Of a DNA stretch of 64,000 nt, positions 26,801 through 37,700 are shown in pieces. Source of the DNA: Amphiscolops sp. MND2022 (Eukaryota); assembly GCA_964187785.1 (NCBI GenBank), contig OZ076409.1, positions 6,264,001 to 6,328,000 of the forward strand, given 5' to 3'. The translations under genes and the position numbers were made by a program. The notes under the pieces were generated by a model, which made no database searches, was not told the DNA's origin, and saw only the letters and a program-made list of their open reading frames with translations. Each line of letters opens with the position of its first letter. Position 1 is the first letter of the stretch.

Positions 26801-27833
26801 TCTTCGCTTAACAGTGAGTTTTGAATGATGCAATTACATACCTGTTCAGAACGATCGTAGCAAAGAAAATAGAATACAGTAGTGATATTATTAAAAGCAA
26901 CAAAAGGCAAATTTTAGAATCAAATATCTATCAAAAAGCATTTGACTGAAGGACTTGATATGTTTTGATTGAGAAATTATATTAAAGTCTCAATGAAACC
27001 ACGCTGTAAAAATAGGCGTTTTCGAAAATACTAAGTTTTTAATAATCTCACTACTGTACATGCAAAACCGTCTTAGAATTATACGGCAATAAGCACGTTC
27101 GGCAATGGAAGGACCACCTTAGAAACCTGTTGTTACATATTCGAAGTTCGGTATATAACCAATTGTTTTCACAGAACTAAACAATATTCCGTTTGCTCCA
27201 GGATCGAGATTCTTTCTGCACGGGAAATTCAATAAAGAGCAACGAATTCAACATGAAAACCAAGATGGAAAAACTCTTGGACCCGCTGAGTGTCTCAAAA
27301 AAGTTATCAAAAAAGCGGGAGGGAAAGTTCTAGAACGAGCAGCATTGAATACTCTCCTCTCCAGACACTCCAAGTTGCCACACATTTACGTGGTTCTCCA
27401 AAATGACACAGATCTTATTAGTGCAACAACGTCGTGTGATTCTTTGCCACAAGTGACAGAATTTATGGCCAAAGGAAAATGCAAAAAAAGGAAACTAAAT
27501 GAACCAAGTCGAACCAGTTACGTTTTACGACACTTGGCCAGTCGTGGACTTACGTTTCTATCCGTTGACTATATTTTGAAAAGTATCGAAACTTCAACAA
27601 TTTTGGATGTGGAGTCTTTTGCGTTCAAACCAGGGCCAGACATCCCATCAACTTCTGTTCGTGATCATCGCAAAATTTTCCTTCTTCAGAGGAATCCCGA
27701 ACTACAAAACACAACTTCAGCTATAACATCGGTACTTCGTAAACGACGAGAAATGCTGAAGAAGCGCGAACAAGAAAAAATGAATGACGCTCAGAAAGAA
27801 CACGATGAATCATCCTCAGACTCATCAGACTGA
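23866..27833 (+). CDS. RAG1/Transib/Chapaev-like DDE transposase with C-terminal BRCT-like domain; 23866..~24054, -1 frameshift, ..24822, 24910..26211, 27202..27833 (~960 aa)
   Basis: In-frame GT-AG introns 24823-24909 and 26212-27201. Ordered motifs KVDIWGDG, NQS..ALFSFAVFQGHD, YSGDQPFL, CPDGTHAITR, TPY, EGPEKSNH parallel the RAG1-core SCDG / YDEK / DALH / TNY / EGNESGNK blocks. Exon 2/3 junction LFLGSRFFLHG...LKKVIKKAGGKV...YVV...LSVDYILKSI fits BRCT. Confidence 0.72.
26877..27056. mobile_element. MITE in transposase intron 2
   Basis: TA|CAGTAGTGATATTATT ... AATAATCTCACTACTG|TA. Confidence 0.75.
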
Positions 27834-28235
27834 GAATCATTTGATAATCATAATTGATAAATCGTGAAAACTTTGATTCGAACAATAATAAATTATTTTT
27901 ACCTGTTTTTATTGTCAAAATTTAATTGAATCATTCGAATTGTTTTAAACAAATTCAAAATAGAAACGTACCAAAAAGTAGCAGCGCAAAATACTAAGTA
28001 AAAACCGAAAAGAAAGAATAAAACCAAATCTTTCAAAGACCAAGAACTGGAATTCAAAATTCTAAAGTATTACTACAGTAAACTGCGAAATTGCATCAAG
28101 TGCTGAAATACTTCGCTGAAAACAAGTTTCGAGATTTAATAATAATATATATCAATACAATGAAATAAAATAATAAAGGTTAAGAATATGTAAAACAAAA
28201 AAATTTTATCTCGAAAATGGTTTTCAACGAACTAA

Positions 28236-31200
28236 TCAATCAAGAGACCAAAAAGTGTTTCGACCGAGTTTTTTGTCAACAATTTGAAATAGGTGAGTTA
28301 ATGATATGTTCCTGTTTGGGAAATTGAGAGACATGTACCGGTTGATAGTTTGCACAAATTTTCGTCGATTGCTCTTGGATCGGCTGTCATTTTTGGAATT
28401 GAAGCTGAGGACATGTAGTGCTTTGGCCAGAAGCTCCCATTTCATTAGCCTACAGTTCCCAATGGCACTCTCTAGAATAACTTTCGTCATTAACGATAAG
28501 AAATGTGGGAAACATTTCTCAAGAGGTTCATCATTGTCCCGTTCCCTCTGGTAAACAGTCAAAGTCGTGTCTAAAAACATATATGCACAAGCATTAGTAA
28601 AACTGCCTCGAACCCATAGAAGAAGTAAAACCCGAATTTTTTTGAGAAATTAACTTAATCCGATTTTAATTTTAAAAATGAAGATTTTTTCGATTTTTTT
28701 GCTTTTTACCTTTTATCTCTTCTAACAAACAACTGAGAAACAATTATATGAAAACTGAATTTCAAAATTACCTAGATCACAGATGGTGAGAAAATTGAAT
28801 CCCACGGCCACGCTGTCCGCACAGGTTCTGACCATATGTATCATGCCTGCTGGCATGATCATTGACTCGCCGCCTGTTATCGTCACTTTAAACACTTGAC
28901 TTTGGAGGTGGGTGTCACTTGGTAGGAAAACATTTTGTTTTGTTGCCTCAATGCACCAATTCTCGAGAATTTCTTGGTTTCGAACTGTTCCAGGAATCAT
29001 GAAAAACTCTTTTTTACCGTGAAGAAGATGGTAAAAGACGCTGGTATTCGTGTAGTCAACATGCCAAGGTGTAATGGAACCTTTTTGACTGAGAAGAATA
29101 TAGCAATTTTGCTCCAGCTCAAAATTGAATAAATGAGACACTGAAAGTTCTTTAACTGCCGTTGGTACATCGAAATGCAAGTTCTTTGTGAGACTGGAGC
29201 TAAGATCAAGGACATTCATTGGGCCGCTCATAGCTCCAAACTCAATGGCATTTACAAAATCTTTTCCTGAGAGTGTCAAACACAGGAGTTTTTGCAGCTG
29301 AAATAGACATGTGTTGTATATGAAAAAAGAATACACTTCGAAGATCTACAATTTTGGTTTTAAAATATAAAAACCCTAATATTTTTTAAATGTTCGGTTT
29401 TCATTGGTGAAGTTAAAAAGACGAAGCCAAAAACGAACACTGACAGGTTTGTACATTCGGACAGATAATTGTACATCTTCTGCGTGTAGACAGTCTTCGA
29501 AGATGTTTCTTCGCGCTCCAAAGTTGATGTTGGGCAATTTCATACCATCCATATGTCCTCGAACAATACAGGCTCTTTTCCGCTGCAGCTCCTCCTCTAT
29601 TTCGCTGCTGGTAACATTGGTGCAGCAAACTCGCATCTCGGACCCGGAAGATTCTCTGATTACATCCAGCAGCTCATGATGCTCTGCTTCATCCACAAAT
29701 GCAACCAGAGAAACTTCTTCATCTTCTGCTTGAACCTGTTCGTAGCTGTTGGAATCTGAAACGAAAATTGTCAATATCATAATAAAGTTTTTTAAATGAT
29801 TGGTAGATGTTTTTCGAATACTTTTGATGAGTATCAGTGGATTCGTTTGGCAAGTAGTAAAATTGGTATGTAGAAATTTTGATATAGGTAAAACAATAGG
29901 ATTTTATTGTACCTTGGGGATTGTGTGTGGCTACTTCTTCACTTTCGTCTTCCTCACGGTTCTCTTCCTGGAGGGATTCTTCATTGCTGTCAGAATCTGA
30001 AACAAACATCGTCAAAATCAATTTAACGTTATTGAGATGATTGGTTGTTTGTCGAATATTTTCGATACGTAATATTGATATAGGTAAACAAGTCGAAGTC
30101 GTGTCTAAAAACACATATGCACAAGTATTAGTAAAACTGCCTTGAACACATGGATGGAACAAAATCCGATTTTTTTAAAAATTAACTCAATCCGATTTTA
30201 ATTTTAAAAGTAAAGATTTTTTGATTTTTTTTGCTTTTTACCTTTCATCTCTTTTAACAAATAACTGAGAAACAATATTTTATGAAAACTGAATTTTATT
30301 GTACCTTGGCGAACGTGTGTGGCTACTTCTTCTTCACTTTCGTCTTCCTCACAGGTCTCTTCCTGAAGGGCTTCATTGCTGTCGGAATCTGAAACAAAAA
30401 TCGTCAAAATCATTATAAAATTATTGAGATTTGTGGATGTTTTTCGAATATTCTCGATAAGTATCAGTGGAATCGTTTGACAAGTAGGCAAATTGGTGTA
30501 GAAAAATTGATATAAGTAAAACGATAGGATTTTATTGTACCTTGGCGAACGTGTGTGGCTACTTCTTCTTCACTTTCGTCTTCCTCACAGGTCTCTTCCT
30601 GGAGGGCTTCTTCATCGTTGTCAGAATCTGAAACAAAAATCGTCAAAATCATAATAAAGTTAGAGAAGATTGGATGTTTTTCGGATATTTTCGATAAGTA
30701 TCAGTGGAATCGTTTGACAAGTAGTCAAATTGGTGTAGAAAAAATGATATAGGTAAAACAATAGGATTTTATTGTACCTTGGCGAACGTGTGTGGCTACT
30801 TCTTTTTCACTTTCGTCTTCCTCACAGATCTCTTCCTGGAGGGCTTCTTCATCGTTGTCAGAATCTGAAACAAAAGTCGTCAAAATCATAATAAAGTTAG
30901 AGAAGATTGGATGTTTTTCGGATATTTTCGATAAGTATCAGTGGAATCGTTTGACAAGTAGTCAAATTGGTGTAGAAAAAATGATATAGGTAAAACAATA
31001 GGATTTTATTGTACCTTGGCGAACGTGTGTGGCTACTTTTTCACTTTCATCTTCTTGACGGTTCTCTTCTTGGAGGGCTTCATTGCTGTCGGAATCTGAA
31101 ACAAAAATCGTCAAAATCATAATAAAGTTAGAGAAGATTGGATGTTTTTCGGATATTTTCGATAAGTATCAGTGGAATCGTTTGACAAGTAGTCAAATTG

Positions 31201-33847
31201 GTGTAGAAAAATTGATATAGGTAAAACAATAGGATTTTATTGTACCTTGGCGAACGTGTGTGGCTACTTTTTCACTTTCATCTTCTTGACGGTTCTCTTC
31301 TTGGAGAGCTTCATTGCTGTCGGAATCTGAAACAAAAATCGTCAAAATCATTATAATGTTAGAGAAGATTGGATGTTTTTCGGATATTTTCGATAAGTAT
31401 CAGTGGAATCGTTTGACAAGTAGTTCACAAATTGGTGTAGAAAAATTGATATAGGAAAAACAATAGGATTTTATTATACCTTGGCGAACGTGTGTGGCTA
31501 CTTTTTCACTTGCATCTTCTTGACGGTTCTCTTCTTGGAGGGCTTCTCCATTGCTGTCAGAATCTGAAACAAAAATCGTCAAAATCATTATAAAGTTATT
31601 GAGAAGATTGGATGTTTTTCGGATATTTTCGATAAGTATCAGTGGAATCGTTTGACAAGTAGTTCACAAATTGGTGTAGAAAAATTGATATAGGAAAAAC
31701 AATAGGATTTTATTGTACCTTGGCGAACGTGTGTGGCTACTTTTTCACTTTCATCTTCTTGACGGTTCTCTTCTTGGAGAGCTTCATTGCTGTCGGAATC
31801 TGAAACAAAAATCGTCAAAATCATTATAATGTTAGAGAAGATTGGATGTTTTTCGGATATTTTCGATAAGTATCAGTGGAATCGTTTGACAAGTAGTTCA
31901 CAAATTGGTGTAGAAAAATTGATATAGGAAAAACAATAGGATTTTATTATACCTTGGCGAACGTGTGTGGCTACTTTTTCACTTGCATCTTCTTGACGGT
32001 TCTCTTCTTGGAGGGCTTCTCCATTGCTGTCGGAATCTGAAACAAAAATCGTCAAAATCATTATAAAATTATTGAGAAGATTTGTGGATGTTTTTCGAAT
32101 ATTTTCGATAAGTATCAGTGAAATCGTTTGGCAAGTAGTCAAACTGGTATGTCGAAAAATTGATATAAGTAAAACGATAGGATTTTATTGTACCTTGGCG
32201 AACGTGTGTGGCTACTTCTTCTTCACTTTCGTCTTCTTGACGGTTCTCTTCTTGGGGAAAGTGTGTGACTACTTCTTCTTCACTTTCGTCTTCCTCATAG
32301 GTCTCCTCCTGGAGGGCTTCATTGCTGTCGGAATCTGAAACAAAAATCGTCAAAATCATCATAAAGTTATTGAGAAGATTTGTGGATGTTTTTCGAATAT
32401 TTTCGATAAGTATCAGTGGAATCGTTTGGCAATTAGTCAAACTGGTATGTCGAAAAATTGATATGAGTAAAACGATAGGATTTTATTGTACCTTGGCGAA
32501 CGTGTGTGGCTACTTCTTCTTCACTTTCGTCTTCTTGACGGTTCTCTTCTTGGGGAAAGTGTGTGACTACTTCTTCTTCACTTTCGTCTTCCTCATAGGT
32601 CTCCTCCTGGAGGGCTTCATTGCTGTCGGAATCTGAAACAAAAATCGTCAAAATCATTAAAAAGTTATTGAGAAGATTTGTGGATGTTTTTCGAATATTT
32701 TCGATAAGTATCAGTGGAATCGTTTGGCAAGTAGTCAAACTGGTATGTCGAAAAATTGATATGAGTAAAACGATAGGATTTTATTGTACCTTGGCGAACG
32801 TGTGTGGCTACTTCTTCTTCACTTTCGTCTTCTTGACGGTTCTCTTCTTGGGGAAAGTGTGTGACTACTTCTTCTTCACTTTCGTCTTCCTCATAGGTCT
32901 CCTCCTGGAGGGCTTCATTGCTGTCGGAATCTGAAACAAAAATCGTCAAAATCATCATAAAGTTATTGAGAAGATTTGTGGATGTTTTTCGAATATTTTC
33001 GATAAGTATCAGTGGAATCGTTTGGCAAGTAGTCAAACTGGTATGTCGAAAAATTGATATAAGTAAAACGATAGGATTTTATTGTACCTTGGCGAACGTG
33101 TGTGGCTACTTCTTCTTCACTTTCGTCTTCCTCACAGGTCTCTTCCTGGAGGGCTTCTTCATCGCTGTCAGAATCTGGTTCGATGTGAACTCGACGGTAC
33201 CGACGTGACGTCCTTCTCTGTTCTCTTCTTCTTCTCGAATCCATCCTCGCTTGCCATCGTGGGTGTTCGATCTTCTTCTTTGGGGTCCCTTTGATTTTAA
33301 TCAGGTCTTTGATTCGATGGGAATAACCTTTCCCCTCCCGCCGTCTTTTTTCCGACCAGCTGTACTCTCCTGGCACATTGCCTTTGGGCTTTTTTTTAAG
33401 AACAGCGGATTCCCCTTTAAGATAAAACGATTTGTATTTTTGCTTCAGGCAATCGTAAGCAGAACTTTCCTTGCACAATTCCTCGATGTTTTCTGGTGTT
33501 GGTTCCAACAAATTTCCTGGGTACCATTCCTCCCTTTGCAACTCAAACACTTTCAGGGTGCAAGTTCTTCCGAGGGAGTGTTGAGCGGTCCTGTGATAGC
33601 TAAAGAACGGTCCTCCGTCTTTCTCGCCGCATCCACAAAAGCGACAAATAAAATTTGCCCGACTCTAAATTTTTTGTGCAATGCAGGTGAACTCCAGCTG
33701 GTGTTCTTCAACAGGTCTCTTCCTTGGTGCCCAGTCTTTGTACATGTGCCTCTGGCACGCAACTTTTTCGCTGAATTTTCTCCGGCATTCTGAAACACAT
33801 ATTCCGATTAGTATTGGTGAAAAACATGTTTGAAAAAAAATCGACAT
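28236..33847 (-). CDS. Zn-finger + acidic-repeat + JmjC histone demethylase (KDM2/KDM7-PHF8 type). Exons: ~33089-33847 (start uncertain; in-frame TAG at 33665-33667), 12 repeat exons, 29445-~29755, 28772-29297, 28236-28570
   Basis: MNVLDL, CYILLSQKGSITPWHVDYTNTSVFYHLLHGKKEF, GESMIMPAGMIHMVRT..DSVAVGFNFL and the downstream VYQRE....KCFPHF match the KDM2/7 JmjC and JHD helix. Fe ligands HxD...H and 2-OG residues T/Y/K/N are present. Splice phases are consistent. Confidence 0.82.
29755..33180 (-). repeat. Tandem array of intron+exon units (~230-240 bp and 298 bp) encoding DSDSNEALQEE..EEDESEEEVATHVRQ
   Basis: Each unit has a tttgtttcag|AT acceptor and a CAAG|gta(c/t)aat donor; the units I translated are phase 1-1 and frame-preserving. 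12 repeat exons, plus one copy at the end of the large upstream exon. Confidence 0.9.
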
Positions 33848-34404
33848 TTTAAATTCTATTTCAGATATCCGAACAGATCATCAAAATGATAATGCCATTT
33901 AAGACTTGGAAACGCATGGGCAATTTGAAACGCAGAAATACATGGCTTTTTCATTGCTTTTCATCACTCGGAAACGGATGGGCGAAAGTTCAATTCATTT
34001 TATGCCAATTAGCTTACGTTATTTCATACTTCGGTTTTTATCCCCTATTTTGAAACGATAATTGAAGGTTCGCACGTCATCAGGTAATTATCACCACAGT
34101 TGATTTGAAAAGCGTCCTTAAATGAGCTCATCTTCATGCAAATCTAAATAGCACATCCGCAAAGCTATTACCAACGGTATGTACTACTTTTTTCAATAAT
34201 TAAATAATTCATTATCAGAAATGAATAATTATCATATATGTACTATTTAATACGAAGATCACCATTTTTCTTTAATTATAATATACCACAGTTGATTGAC
34301 GAAGCGTCTTTGAATTAGTTCGAATTTGGATCGCTCAAGGAAAGGATTGAGCACTCACCATTCAATCCAAACAGTAGCTAGAAAACAGTCTCTTTTACAT
34401 AACG

Positions 34405-36820
34405 ATGAACCCTCCTCAACATGAGAAATCTCTCTCTTACACTGTCTTGGGGACTAGCCCGGCTGTGACAAATTCTGTTGCTCCAAACGAAACATTTGAA
34501 AGATTTTCGACTCCATTTAAACCGAATGAAAGCAACTTTGCATACTACATGAGTACTCCCTTGGATCAATCTAGTTCGACACAACAGTTGTATGGATCAC
34601 CCAGTGTGTCATCTAAAAGCTGGCCAAGTTTCACCCAAGTTGAACAAAGGATATTTTCACAAATCTCTAATATAGAAGGTGTGAATTATGAAGATAGCCC
34701 TTCGGACGTCTCGATAATGGTACAAGCTCAACTTGCTGCAAATCAAATGACACCTCTGTTAATCAACACTGCAAATCAACTGAACCACACTCCGAATGAC
34801 AGTACGACGAATCAACTGAGCCACACTCCAAGTGACAGTACGACGAATCAACTGAGCCACACACCGAGTGACAGTACGACGAATCAACGGAGCCACACCC
34901 CAAGTGACAGTACGAGCCACACTCCGAGTGACATCATGGCAAGCCAACTGAGCCGTTCTTCAAGTGATATCGCGGCAAGTCAGCTGAGCCAAACTCCGAG
35001 TGATATCATGGCAAGTCAGCTGAGCCGTTCTTGCAACGACACCTTGGCAAACATGGAAAGATGCCAACAGGAGATAGCGAACAAGCGGAAACTTAACCAT
35101 TATGATGAGGAAAACCATGGCCCAAAAAGTAAACGATGTGTTCCCAAAAACTATGAGAAAAATTTGCGAGAAATTACCCCAGTGCACCTAACATTATGCA
35201 CAACTGTTGAAGCGCGACTCTTGTCAGACCTTTATGACATAATGAAGCAATTCAAATTCGCAAAATCTCTAACCAGCATTGACAAAACCAATTTGTTTGG
35301 GGACCTCATTGCTTATTTGCTGGAATTTTCTATTCCAAAGTGTAGAGATCGCAAAATTTTGAGCATTACAACTCATGCCGTTTTACAAATGGTCCCTCAA
35401 ATTCAGCACAATAGAAGTTCTAACTCAAGTGACTTGTTAGTCTTGCAAATTGAAGATGAAGCTGGGTACTTGGACAGCTTCAGAATTCCTCACATTGTTG
35501 GAGAAGCAATGTTAATATATTTTGAAGCTGTACGACCGTACTTCATAAAACCTGAAGGTATCGACCAGAAAAAAAGGTTCATGCAGTCACCCAGTCAAGG
35601 GATACCACCATATTACGTCATGACGGAGCCATTCTTTGTCAACAGCTGGGGAAAAACACAATTCAAAGTGCGGAACATAAGAAATCGGATTGAACAGGTA
35701 ACTAATCAAATACTGTTTGATAAGAATTACTTGACTCAGTTTGATTTGTATTAGTCGATAGTAACCATAAGACATAATCACAAGTTGGAATATCAAAAAC
35801 ATCTTCCTTTTGCAGTTTTCGCTTATTTCAATAACTATCTGCGTGTTCTAGTTTTCCGACTTGACAAGAAACCCAGCCGAACGTGAAATGGACAGATTGG
35901 AAAGAACTGTCAAACTGATGACACTTTCAAAATGTTCAGCAGAAGAAGAATTTTGGTCTGAATCTTACCTGATGATGGAAGTCAAAAAACATTTGAGGCC
36001 CAGCGGACATTACGATGACAGAACGGTCATGAAAGTAGTCGAAAAAAGAATTCAAGCACTTAGGCATCAAAGAGCAGATATTAGGGCGGCCGAATACAAG
36101 AGCCACTACCCTACATCACTAGCTGACCCTGCGAAAGAAAGAGAGAGAATAATCGATTTTGCAAACTTGGTCAACTGGCCCCACTTCACAGATGTAAAGA
36201 GAGTCATGGATGCTTCTTCTAGAATGTCTGGGGTATCAAGATCTCGACAAAGTTCGCGCAAAAAAGCATTCAATCCAAATCTAGAATGGAGACTTTGCAA
36301 TACCCCTTACTTCCAAGATGACTTGAAAGATAGATGCGAAAACCAATTCTGGCCAGGCGTCTGCGATGTTGTCTATCCTACAATGGGTCGAGGAATAATC
36401 GCGACCAAACCATTTAACAAGGATGACGTTATTTTTGACTACCACGGACATGTAGAAGAAAACACGAACAACGTCGACTACTACTGCAGTCTGGACCCAG
36501 AGAACCGCAAGCCAGAATACTGCATCGAGGTTAAAACAAGGCCGGGAAGAATTATTGATGCAACCTCGGAAATATGCCCCATCCACAACGATGGCAGAAG
36601 GTGCCTTGCTCGATTGTGCAATTACTCAAGTACCTTTGATGGTGGAAAGACCAACCCAGCTTGTAACATGAAACTGGTCGAATTGAAATGTACATACTTG
36701 AAAAATAATCCGCGTTACGTGCTACTTATTGCAAAGCGGAAAATTGAACCCCTGGAGCAGCTGATGTTTGATTACATGGACCCCGAAGCCAATAGAATTT
36801 TCGGCGGTAATGCCGAGTAA
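34405..36820 (+). CDS. SETD8/PR-Set7 (KMT5A)-like SET-domain protein; join(34405..35697,35852..36820), ~753 aa
   Basis: Phase-0 intron (GAACAG|gtaact ... ttctag|TTT). C-terminal GRGIIATKPF.KDDVIFDYHG, IDAT, LARLCNYS, LLIAKRKI...EQLMFDY match SETD8 (GRGVIATKQF..GDFVVEYHG...RLINHS...EELLYDY). N-terminal Ser/Thr-rich 12-aa repeats. Confidence 0.85.
34775..35040 (+). repeat. 36-bp coding minisatellite (NQLSHTPSDSTT-like, ~7 copies)
   Basis: Repeated CAACTGAGCCACAC.CC.AGTGAC units inside ORF 34405. Confidence 0.85.
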
Positions 36821-36909
36821 AACCATTGATAAACTCGAACTTTGTTTTTAACTTATCAGTTTTTATATAATTTTTGTTGGAATATTAGTCATTGTCATCT
36901 AGTCAAATA

Positions 36910-37146
36910 CAGTGGTGATATTTTTAAAAGCAACAAAGCCGCTTCAAAGTCTGCGGCAGGTGAAAAAAAAACTTCAAAGTCATCCCAAAACATGTATTTT
37001 CGAAAAAATCTTCAAACAAACATATTTGTAAACTAGATAAAAATCTAGAATACGTTTATTTTTATAAGTTTTCATAAACCACTGCCGTTTTAGAGATATT
37101 CGATTTTGAGATTTGCCTTTTGATGCTCTCAATAATATCACTACTG
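36910..37146. mobile_element. MITE, same family as 26877-27056
   Basis: TA|CAGTGGTGATATT ... TTTGCCTTTTGATGCTCTCAATAATATCACTACTG|TA. Confidence 0.75.
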
Positions 37147-37653
37147 TATATTATCTTCGGGTTTTGTTTTCTTTGTCAATTTTGAATTCAAAATATGCCA
37201 ATGGATATTCCAAAAAGCAGATATCGATTAACACTCTCAAGGAATCATATAAAAGAACTAACTGGGGCAGACGGTCGGATCGTTGAGGAGGCTGATTTGA
37301 TCCCTATCAGTCAAAATGTGCTCCTGGAGAGTGACTTGTTCATCATCGGTCTCAACTTCCTCGTTTCCTGCAGCAACGTAGTCAAACGTGAAACATTCGG
37401 ATTTAGTTTTCCTATTATTCATGTGTTCAAATAGTGGTTGATGAACTGCGGGCATTAGTCAAAACATAGACACATGTAAGATTTCAAAAAGTTCATGTTA
37501 AAAACTAACTCTGACAGACGGTTGGCTCATCTCTGTCAGTCGAAACGCCGCGGTGTTCTTGAAGAACTGCTTCGGTACTGGCTTCTCTATCATGATGAAG
37601 GCTTGGCCTAAATTTGGGCTGAAAAAAACAACAAATTTGCCAAATTTACATTA

Positions 37654-37700
37654 AAGTGGGGTAACCGACAAGGCCTTCCAAAACTCGGGAATCCATGGGC
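37654..37700 (+). repeat. Internal direct copy of the transposon left end
   Basis: catta-AAGTGGGGTAACCGACAAGGCCTTCCAAAACTCGG versus catta-CAGTGGGGTAACCGGCAAGGCCTTCCAAAACTCGG at 20908-20947. Confidence 0.9.

Noticed and set aside
29755..33180. CRISPR-like or non-coding satellite array
   Set aside because: Units are 230-300 bp without unique spacers, there are no cas genes, and the context is eukaryotic. Better explained as intron+exon repeats.
30204..33208. Many small ORFs on both strands in the array
   Set aside because: They run through introns or are antisense shadows of the repeat exons.
37195..37610. Possible fifth cargo gene (MPMDIPKSRY...)
   Set aside because: Only 79 aa, with stops before the nearby splice-like sites and no recognisable motif.
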